NCBI GenBank assembly: GCA_021822495.1
Contig: JAKAQO010000001.1
Coordinates: 80,297-144,296, forward strand
Source: a bacterium
GTDB lineage: Bacteria; Elusimicrobiota; Elusimicrobia; UBA1565; UBA9628
Direction of reading: 5' to 3'
Length of the DNA: 64,000 nt
Shown here: positions 49,005 to 57,639 of the stretch, piece by piece
Numbering within the stretch: the stretch's first letter is position 1
Layout: each line of letters opens with the position of its first letter
Position numbers and translations under genes: made by a program
Notes under the pieces: model-generated
What the model was told of the DNA's origin: nothing
Database searches by the model: none
Seen by the model: the letters and a program-made list of their open reading frames with translations, nothing else

Positions 49005-49930
49005 TATTTTTCCCCGGCCAGAAACCGTTCGGCTTCAAGGGCGGCCATGCAGCCCGTTCCGGCGGCGGTGACAGCCTGACGGTAACGGGAGTCCATCACG
49101 TCTCCAGCGGCAAAAACCCCGGGGATGGAAGTTCTTGTTCGCCCATCGGTCACGATATAGCCGTGATCGTCAAGTTTGAGCTGGCCGCCCAAAAAATTAA
49201 CCGTCGGCTTGTGGCCAATGGCGACAAAAAACCCATGACAGGAGATATCCGAAAATTTTTCGGTCTTCAAATTTTTAACGCGAACGCCGGAGACATGCCC
49301 GTTTCCCAAGACCTCGGAAATAGCCGAATCCCAGACAAAAGAGAGTTTGGGGTTTTTAAAAGCCCGGTCCTGCATGATTTTGGAAGCGCGCAATTCATCT
49401 CGGCGGTGAATAATGATAACCTTGCTTGCGAACTTGGAAAGAAATAAGGCCTCCTCCAAAGCCGTATCTCCGCCGCCAACGACGACCACATCCTTTCCTT
49501 TAAAGAAAAACCCGTCGCAAGTGGCGCAAGCGCTGACCCCATGCCCCATTAATTTTTTCTCAGATTCCAAGCCCAGCCATTGGGCCGTGGCGCCAGTGGC
49601 GACAATGACGGTTTCGGAGGCAAAGGTTTTTCCTTCCGTCGTTTCAAGTTTAAAAGGACGCGAAGATAAATCAATTTTCGAGACATCTTCCGAAACGATG
49701 GAAACCCCCAGGCGTTCGCACTGTTTTTTCATGCGCTCCATGAGTTCCGGGCCTAAAACTGGCTCCGGAAAACCGGGAAAATTTTCGACTTCGGAAGTCA
49801 GCATCAGTTGTCCGCCAGCGGCCATTCCGCCGATGATCAAGGGGTTTAAATCGGCCCTGGCGGCATAAATCGCGGCGGTATAGGCTGCGGGACCGGATCC
49901 AATCACGATAATTTTTCTGGAATTACTCAT
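49004..49930 (-). CDS. trxB: Thioredoxin-disulfide reductase
   Basis: GSGPA, CATCDG, GGGDTA and FAAGDV motifs. Confidence 0.97.
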   Translation of the reverse strand: MSNSRKIIVIGSGPAAYTAAIYAARADLNPLIIGGMAAGGQLMLTSEVENFPGFPEPVLGPELMERMKKQCERLGVSIVSEDVSKIDLSSRPFKLETTEGKTFASETVIVATGATAQWLGLESEKKLMGHGVSACATCDGFFFKGKDVVVVGGGDTALEEALFLSKFASKVIIIHRRDELRASKIMQDRAFKNPKLSFVWDSAISEVLGNGHVSGVRVKNLKTEKFSDISCHGFFVAIGHKPTVNFLGGQLKLDDHGYIVTDGRTRTSIPGVFAAGDVMDSRYRQAVTAAGTGCMAALEAERFLAGEK

Positions 49931-50024
49931 AAGAATCATTATATCATTTAGTCCTTATGCCTATTCTCATGAACCCCAAAGAGGGCATTGTCCCATCCTT
50001 GGAACTTCATCAAGAGAGGGACTT

Positions 50025-50411
50025 ATGAGCTCTAAAATTGAAATTCTGGGAATTGAGTGCGAAAGCCGCTTGGGCATCACCTTGGAAGAGAGAAAAAAGC
50101 CGCAAAAGATTACTCTCGATTTAGTTTTGACCCTTGATTTAACCGCCGCCGGCCGCCATGACAGCCTAAAATTGAGCGCGAACTACTTTAAAATCGAAAG
50201 GCTGGCCCGGGCGCTCGCCGAAAAAGGAGAACGTCTTCTCATTGAGCGCCTGGCCTGGGAGATCGCCCTTCACATCTTGGACGAAGAGCCTCGCCTAGAT
50301 GCGGTTTCGGTCCGGGTCCACAAAAAGCCAGCCTCCATGCCCAAAGCCCGGGAAGTCATCGTTGAAATGACGAAGACCCGTAGCCCTCGCAAGAAATCCA
50401 GATCATCCTAA
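50025..50411 (+). CDS. folB: Dihydroneopterin aldolase
   Basis: G...EER..Q, NY, LLIE and VHKK pattern. Confidence 0.85.
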   Translation: MSSKIEILGIECESRLGITLEERKKPQKITLDLVLTLDLTAAGRHDSLKLSANYFKIERLARALAEKGERLLIERLAWEIALHILDEEPRLDAVSVRVHKKPASMPKAREVIVEMTKTRSPRKKSRSS

Positions 50412-50448
50412 AAACAAAAAGCCCCCGGACCCGAAGGCCCGGGGGCTT
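50411..50448 (-). terminator. Intrinsic terminator of groESL (between convergent folB and groEL)
   Basis: Minus strand reads AAGCCCCCGGGCC-TTCG-GGTCCGGGGGCTTTTTGTTTT. Confidence 0.9.
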
Positions 50449-50453
50449 GTCTC

Positions 50454-50476
50454 AAAAAAGGGGACAGTCCCCTTTT
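50454..50476. repeat. GGAC-W-GTCC palindrome, copy 3
   Basis: AAAAAAGGGGAC-A-GTCCCTTTTT, between the groEL stop and its terminator. Confidence 0.7.
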
Positions 50477-50482
50477 TATCGA

Positions 50483-52114
<1,632 letters not shown>

Positions 52115-52126
52115 TTATTCCTCCAG

Positions 52127-52438
52127 TTATTTCAGGATTCCGAGAATGTCGTCCTGGTGCATGATCAAATATTCTTGATCGTCGAGTTTGATTTCAGATC
52201 CGGAGTATTTTCCGTAAAGGATCTTATCTCCGGCTTTAACGTCCATCGGGAGAACCTTGCCATCTTCGGCGGTTTTTCCTTTTCCGCAAGCGATGATCTC
52301 GCCTTCCTGCGGTTTTTCCTTCGCGGTGTCGGGAATAATGAGCCCGCCGCGTTTGGTTTCCTTGGCCTCGATCGGTTTCACTAAAACGCGATCGCCGAGA
52401 GGCTGGATTTTCACTTTCGTCAGAGTCGCTTCTGCCAT
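52127..52438 (-). CDS. groS: Co-chaperonin GroES
   Basis: PLGDRVLV and [12 protein letters not shown] motifs. Confidence 0.98.
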   Translation of the reverse strand: MAEATLTKVKIQPLGDRVLVKPIEAKETKRGGLIIPDTAKEKPQEGEIIACGKGKTAEDGKVLPMDVKAGDKILYGKYSGSEIKLDDQEYLIMHQDDILGILK

Positions 52439-52472
52439 ACCTTGAATCCTCCTAATCTTTGATAGAGCGAAT

Positions 52473-52549
52473 CTAGCGCTCGCTCACCTTCTCTGCTAAT
52501 TATAGCACAAAGAAAGGCAGAGTTGTCAATCGAGGGCTTTGACTGCTAA
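52473..52549 (-). promoter_or_regulatory. groESL sigma-70 promoter with two degenerate CIRCE (HrcA) operators
   Basis: TGcTATAAT (-10 at 52504-52499) and TTGACA (52529-52524). CIRCE-like 9-9-9 sites: CTAGCGCTC-N9-CTCTGCTAA (52473-52499) and TTGTCAATC-N9-GACTGCTAA (52523-52549). Confidence 0.7.
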
Positions 52550-53512
52550 TTAATCCCGAATGCTCTTTTTGAGTTGCAGAAGGGATATGGAGGCAGAATT
52601 AGAGGGAGATTGGTTGCGATTCTTAAAGAAAAATCCGCCCCTTTTGCCAACGCCAGATTCGCCAGAAGAAACAATAGGAGCAGTAATTTTTTGAGATGAG
52701 GAGCTATTTTCCACCGAAGGCAAGGGACGCTCTTCAGAAGCATCGGCTTCGGAAATCTTGATGGACGACGCCCCCTTCTGCGCCAACTGAATAGATGGAA
52801 TTGAGCGCAACTCTTCCTCCAGTCTTCTGATGAGCCCGAGAGATTGCGCTAAACTTTTCTCCTTTTCCGCCAAATCTTTAGCCAAGCGGTCGACCAATCC
52901 ATTTCGAATCGTCAAATCCTCGTAAAGTTCCTTCACCTGATCCTTGAGGCGATCGGATTGAGAACGCTCTTTCTCCAATTCGGTTTTGACCAAGGCCAAG
53001 GCTTCTTCCTTCCCTTTTAAAAGAGCGTTAAGGCGCTCAGAACTTTCTTGAGCTTCCTTATTAATATGCGATAAATCTTTTTCCAGCGCCGCAACTTTTT
53101 TCTCAAGAGATGATTTCTCCTCCGACTCCTGCTTCAAATCCCGGCTCATCCCCTCCACTTGGTTTTGCAAGGAAATGAGAAGATTTTTTTCGTGACGGGC
53201 GTTTTCGATCTCCGACATTAATTCTTTAACGTGGAGAAAAATCTTGGCTTCGGCCGATTCAAGGGCTTCCTTTGGGTTTTCAGCTCCCAAAAGCCCATTT
53301 TGAGCCGACGGAGGAACCGGCGGACGGGAAGTTTGTTTATTTCCTGCCCCAACAATCTCGGAAAATTCTCCGGCATAACGCCAATTTTTGTCCTGGATTT
53401 CCCCCTCCGCCGAACAAACCAAGGTGGTCGAGGAAAAACCGGAAAGCCGCCACAATTCATCCGCCGAATAAGCCCCGGGAACCTTGCCGTCAATATAAAC
53501 CCAATATTTCAT
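52550..53512 (-). CDS. GYF_2-like domain + coiled-coil protein
   Basis: MKYWVYIDGKVPGAY...TLVC...W N-terminus and a long heptad-rich region. SD GGAGG precedes ATG 53512. Confidence 0.75.
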   Translation of the reverse strand: MKYWVYIDGKVPGAYSADELWRLSGFSSTTLVCSAEGEIQDKNWRYAGEFSEIVGAGNKQTSRPPVPPSAQNGLLGAENPKEALESAEAKIFLHVKELMSEIENARHEKNLLISLQNQVEGMSRDLKQESEEKSSLEKKVAALEKDLSHINKEAQESSERLNALLKGKEEALALVKTELEKERSQSDRLKDQVKELYEDLTIRNGLVDRLAKDLAEKEKSLAQSLGLIRRLEEELRSIPSIQLAQKGASSIKISEADASEERPLPSVENSSSSQKITAPIVSSGESGVGKRGGFFFKNRNQSPSNSASISLLQLKKSIRD

Positions 53513-53649
53513 ATCTTCCTCCAAAATAAACGCGCACAAACCTAAAACAAGGATAATCTCCGGAACAAATTATTTCAAGGGCTTTTTTGTTACAGGGTTT
53601 ACCTGAAATATACCGGCGACCTTACTTTCAGGTTCATCTTGAACTTGGA

Positions 53650-53792
53650 CTGAAAGGTTGCGAGTAGGATTAGATAAGATGAATGCCTTAATCCATCAAA
53701 CTCCTGGAGAAGATTTAAACGCGTGTATTTCTCCCCAACCTGCTTTGACTGGGGATATTCTGCCACAGGAAAATGCCATCGTTCCTAGTCAG
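53650..53792 (+). pseudogene. Remnant of integrase 3' end (element copy 1)
   Basis: 143 bp colinear and highly similar to 56695-56837; encodes RVGLDKMNALIHQTPGEDLNACISPQPALTGDILPQENAIVPSQ. Confidence 0.9.
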
Positions 53793-53822
53793 ACTAAAAA
53801 TGTAGAGAGCCTAAAGGCAGAG

Positions 53823-54056
53823 TTAGAGTTTACGGCGTAGGCGCGCGTATTCTTCCAGAGACAAATCAATGTCCCTAAGGATGGCGCGAATGAGCCCACG
53901 GCCTAAATCCTCGCCTTTGTGAAATGGGACAACCGTCGCGCGTCCATCGGGATGATGAAAATAGGCATGACTGCCTTTTTGACGGATGAGAGCGAAGCCC
54001 AAATGGTTGAGAATTTTTCCCATCTGGGACGCCGAGATAATCGGCAACTTGCTCAC
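53823..54056 (-). CDS. hicA: HicA-family toxin
   Basis: GF..IRQKGSH, VVPFHKGEDL and GLIRAIL motifs. Confidence 0.93.
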   Translation of the reverse strand: MSKLPIISASQMGKILNHLGFALIRQKGSHAYFHHPDGRATVVPFHKGEDLGRGLIRAILRDIDLSLEEYARLRRKL

Positions 54057-54271
54057 GCGGCTATTTGAACCTGATGCACCCCGACAAAAGTATTCTGAGA
54101 AACTTGGCTTTTATCGGCCTCAAGACATACCTTGATGGCTTCTTTCAGTCGTTTGTCAAGTTCGCTTAAGGTTCTGGCTTGGGTATGGCAACCTTTGATG
54201 TCTGGAACGATGCCGACATACCAACCATCCTCGTCTTGTTCGATAATGATGGGGAAAGTGTATTTTTTCAT
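54053..54271 (-). CDS. hicB: HicB-family antitoxin (short form)
   Basis: IIEQDEDGWY..VPDIKGCHTQA..EAI. The stop overlaps the hicA GTG. Confidence 0.92.
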   Translation of the reverse strand: MKKYTFPIIIEQDEDGWYVGIVPDIKGCHTQARTLSELDKRLKEAIKVCLEADKSQVSQNTFVGVHQVQIAA

Positions 54272-54320
54272 ACAACCATAGTTTAACACGATCTATCGGC
54301 TTCCGCAAGAGCCTTGAAAA

Positions 54321-54576
54321 TGTTTGTCAAGAACCTTTAGAAATGTCCTGCATTTAACAAGTACGCCCCTCAAACTCCTGGAGAAGATTTAAACGCGCTC
54401 AATTCCTCGCGGCCTTTTGCCCCAGTTTGCCTGAGTTTGCCAGAGAGATATCCCGATAGAATTAGCCACCCATTAGCCACCGCGCAGGTTTTTTTAAATT
54501 CGCAAAATAGCGAAAATGCTTTGTAGAATAAGCGGAGCGGGCCTGTAGTTCAACGGATAGAGCGCGTGGCTTCGAA
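54321..54576 (+). repeat. Direct repeat copy 1: element arm + tRNA promoter + tRNA 5' half
   Basis: Near-identical to 57352-57590 apart from small indels. Confidence 0.92.
54539..54576 (+). pseudogene. 5' half of tRNA-Arg(UCG) (att site)
   Basis: 38 nt identical to 57553-57590. Identity ends exactly at the end of the anticodon loop CTTCGAA. Confidence 0.92.
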
Positions 54577-54770
54577 GGACTCCAACCTGTATTTCTCAAG
54601 ATTTCTTTCATTGATTCTCATCGGAAAAATGAAGATTAAAAGTTGTCTGAGTTTGCTGCGTTTATCCCGAGTTTGTCCCAAATTGGACACCCCCTAACCA
54701 CCGAGTTCATCAAAAATAGGAATCTTATGATTAGGGCAAATTGATAGAATGACGGTTGTCAAGAAAGCCT

Positions 54771-55622
54771 ATGGCCTATTTTTTGTTTATCGATGAATCT
54801 GGACAAGATCAACAGGAGTCGCCTTGTGAAGTTCTAGCCGGAATTGCTCTGAGGGATAAAACGCTGTGGCCTTTCATAAAAAGGGTCCACGAAACCGAGG
54901 AAAACTGTTTTGGAACGCGCTATTCCAAAGACTCCCGCGAACTTAAAGGAACTAAACTCTTAAAAACAAAAGTTTTAAAATTGGCTAAGAGTCGTCCAAA
55001 TTATCCTGAAAGCGAGAGGCGTGGGTTGGCCAAAGAGGCGCTCCAAAACGGGGCAGGAGCGACTCCAGCCCAATACATCGCCTTGGCCCAAAGTAAAATC
55101 GAATTTACACGCAAGATTATTTTTCTTTGTCAAGAATTTAAATGCGTTCTTTTCGCCTCATTAGTCCCCCAAAATACTCCGAGACCGGAAGATGGCGATT
55201 TCTTGCGAAAGGACTATTCCTATTTATTTGAAAGATTTTTTTATTTCTTGGATGAAAAACGCGAATCGCGAGGATCTGGAGCGATTGTTTTTGATGAGTT
55301 GGAGAAATCTAGAAGTCATGTCCTGATAGCTCAGATGGACCGATATTTTAAGCGCACGCGAAAAGGTCGCGATCGTTCGACTCTTGTGATTCCTGAACCT
55401 TTCTTCGTGCACAGCGATCTCAACACCGGCATTCAGATCGCCGATATAGCGGCTTACCTTCTTAGTTGGGGTTACTACTCACCTAATAAGGGCACGCAAC
55501 CCAAACGCCCGGAGCTAATGGAATTGGCCAATGATCTCAGGAAATTGACCTATCAATCCCCAGGAAAGCCGTCTGGACTCAAGGTCATAAAAGATTTGCG
55601 GTCTTCCAGTGGGGAGAAATAA
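54771..55622 (+). CDS. DUF3800 domain protein (RNase H-like fold)
   Basis: LFIDESG, ELKG, IVFDE and S....GIQIADIAAY motifs. Confidence 0.88.
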   Translation: MAYFLFIDESGQDQQESPCEVLAGIALRDKTLWPFIKRVHETEENCFGTRYSKDSRELKGTKLLKTKVLKLAKSRPNYPESERRGLAKEALQNGAGATPAQYIALAQSKIEFTRKIIFLCQEFKCVLFASLVPQNTPRPEDGDFLRKDYSYLFERFFYFLDEKRESRGSGAIVFDELEKSRSHVLIAQMDRYFKRTRKGRDRSTLVIPEPFFVHSDLNTGIQIADIAAYLLSWGYYSPNKGTQPKRPELMELANDLRKLTYQSPGKPSGLKVIKDLRSSSGEK

Positions 55623-55657
55623 AAAAGGCAATGCGGCTTTCGCCGCAAAGCCTCCAG
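55621..55657 (-). ncRNA. Candidate small hairpin RNA convergent with DUF3800 gene (alternatively a terminator)
   Basis: GGAGGC-UU-UGCGGC-GAAA-GCCGCA-UU-GCCUUUUUU, directly downstream of a consensus-like promoter. Confidence 0.55.
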
Positions 55658-55661
55658 TATT

Positions 55662-55690
55662 ATGGTAGCACCTCTCAATTAATTTGTCAA
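55662..55690 (-). promoter_or_regulatory. Sigma-70 promoter TTGACA-N17-TACCAT
   Basis: -35 at 55690-55685 and -10 at 55667-55662; no ORF lies between it and the hairpin. Confidence 0.65.
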
Positions 55691-55829
55691 TATTTGAGCT
55701 GATTTTTTAGAAAAAATCGGCTTTATTACTGAAAATTAGACCGCGTTATTTTGTTTGCGATAATGGCTCTTAAAGCAAACATCCACGGAAGCCTTAATAA
55801 AACCTGCATCATTTCGCTTCTCAAGCCTT

Positions 55830-56078
55830 CTAATACTCATCCACATGCTCATGGATGATGATTTTGAGCATGGTCTGATACCCTATTCCGCGTCCCCCGG
55901 CCTTAGCCTTTAATTTTTCTATCAAGACCGGATCAAGCATGATGGAAGTCGGCATTTGACGGATTTTGGGCCGAAGGACAACAGCAGATTTCCCACGTTT
56001 TAGGTCTTCGCCCAAATCGCGCTTCTCGAATTCCTCAAGTTGCTTATCTTTATGAATGATTTTCGATAACCGTTTCAT
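55830..56078 (-). CDS. CopG/BrnA-like RHH antitoxin (orphan)
   Basis: TSIMLDPVLIEKLKAKA...GIGYQTMLK pattern; SD GGAGGT upstream. Confidence 0.8.
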   Translation of the reverse strand: MKRLSKIIHKDKQLEEFEKRDLGEDLKRGKSAVVLRPKIRQMPTSIMLDPVLIEKLKAKAGGRGIGYQTMLKIIIHEHVDEY

Positions 56079-56090
56079 AAAACCTCCGTT

Positions 56091-56864
56091 AACGAACGTC
56101 TTAAGGTCTGTTCCCCCTCATCAGCTAATCGTTGGCTCTCGGTGATTAAATCTGTCATTAACCGCGCTCGTGACTGGGATGATTTTAATGGAAACAATCC
56201 CGCTTCCAAGGTGAAGCGCAGTCCCAATAATGCTTCCCGCACCCGCTACTTAAACAGCGAAGAAATCCGCCTTTTTCTTGAAAATTGTGACACTCGCCTT
56301 AAACCCCTGATTATCTGTGCTCTGTTGACAGGAATGAGGCGAGGAGAGATATTGGGAATCAAGTGGGATGATATTGATTGGGGACAATCCCTTATTTTTC
56401 TTCCCAAGACTAAATCCGGTCAACCCCGCTGGATACCGCTATCACCCCTTTTACGGGATTTGCTATCACGTTTGCCCAGAGATTCGGAGCGGGTCTTTCC
56501 TCTTTGCATGATCACCTTCCGAAGATTGTTTGATAGAGCCCGGAATGCTTCAGGACTTCCCCCCTTTCGGTTTCATGACCTAAGAAGAACTTTCGCCACG
56601 CACTATCACTCAAAAACCTACGACCTCGATAATACGCGGCGAATTCTGGGACATTCAACGCTTCTTATGACGCAAAGATATCTAGGTTTTCAAGCTGAAA
56701 GGTTGCGCGTGGGGTTAGATAAGATGGACGCCTTAATCCAACAAACTTCTAGAGAAGACTTAAATGCGCGTATTTCTCCACAACCTGCTTTGACTGGGGA
56801 TATTCTGCCACAGGAAAACGCCATCGTTCCTAGTCAGGGGTATGCCTCGGGTTTGTCCAAATAA
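56091..56864 (+). pseudogene. Tyrosine recombinase/integrase, N-terminally truncated
   Basis: Catalytic R (TGMRRGE), K (KTK), HDLR, LGH and TQRY are intact. The frame starts mid core-binding domain (SPSSANRWLSVIKS), with an in-frame stop at 56067 and no ATG between it and the conserved region. Confidence 0.85.
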
Positions 56865-56880
56865 AAGCTCCATTTTTTGG

Positions 56881-57318
56881 TTATTCTCCATTAGAAGGAT
56901 GAGCGATTTCTTGATAGATAGTCTTCTCAACCTCCTCAAAATTCTTTTCTCTTTGCTCCGGTGAAACCTGTTGAGGCTCTTGGCCTGAAGAATCTTCCTT
57001 TTCTTTAGAAAGGAAATCGAGAGCACGCTGACGCATTTCTCTAGTCATTCTGGCGAGTTCTATATCTTCCTTTAGCATAATATTTTCTCTTTTCAATCTT
57101 GCAAACTTCAATTTCAAAGCATGATTCCGTGCCCTTAAGGCAACATTTTCAGCCTTGTATTTTTCTATTCTTAAGTCTAAATTTAAATAGGTGATGCAAC
57201 CCCATCCCAGAATAATAAACATAACGATTTCCGCTAAATACCATTTCTTCTTCTTTTCCCATTGCCACCAATCCCGGTTCCAAGGGCGAAACCCGCGTCG
57301 CAAGTCAGACTCATTCAT
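56881..57318 (-). CDS. Hypothetical TM + coiled-coil cargo protein
   Basis: 145 aa with one TM helix and a coiled coil. Preceded by TTGACA-N18-TCTAAT and a GGGAG SD. Confidence 0.7.
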   Translation of the reverse strand: MNESDLRRGFRPWNRDWWQWEKKKKWYLAEIVMFIILGWGCITYLNLDLRIEKYKAENVALRARNHALKLKFARLKRENIMLKEDIELARMTREMRQRALDFLSKEKEDSSGQEPQQVSPEQREKNFEEVEKTIYQEIAHPSNGE

Positions 57319-57351
57319 ATCAATCTCCCAGATTAGACCAGTCCAGTAAGT

Positions 57352-57590
57352 TGTTTGTCAAGGACTTTTAGAAATGTCCTGCATTTAACAAGTATGCCCC
57401 ACCTGGAGAAGATTTAAACGCGCTCAATTCCTCGCGGCCTATTGCCCCAGTTTGCCTGAGTTTGTCAGAGAGATATCCCGATAGAATTAGCCACCACGAA
57501 GGTTTTTTTAAATTCGCAAAAGAGCGAAAATGCTTTGTAGAATAAGCGTAACGGGCCTGTAGTTCAACGGATAGAGCGCGTGGCTTCGAA
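57352..57590 (+). repeat. Direct repeat copy 2: element arm + promoter + 5' half of intact tRNA
   Basis: Near-identical to 54321-54576. Confidence 0.92.
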
Positions 57591-57624
57591 CCACGAGATC
57601 CGGGTTCGATTCCTGGCGGGCCCA
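57553..57624 (+). tRNA. tRNA-Arg (anticodon TCG), CCA not encoded
   Basis: Cloverleaf with GGGCCTG/CGGGCCC acceptor, GTTC/GAGC D stem, CGTGG-CTTCGAA-CCACG and CCGGG-TTCGATT-CCTGG. Confidence 0.96.
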
Positions 57625-57639
57625 AATGACTCAACTTAA

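Larger units (their letters stand above)
53650..57590 (+). mobile_element. Decayed tandem array of small tyrosine-integrase elements at tRNA-Arg(UCG)
   Basis: Duplicated integrase end, duplicated arm + tRNA 5' half, and TA/DUF3800 cargo. Confidence 0.82.

Noticed and set aside
53650-57590. Prophage or CRISPR array
   Set aside because: No phage structural or replication genes are present. The repeats are few and irregularly spaced, and no cas genes or repeat-spacer periodicity were seen anywhere in the window.
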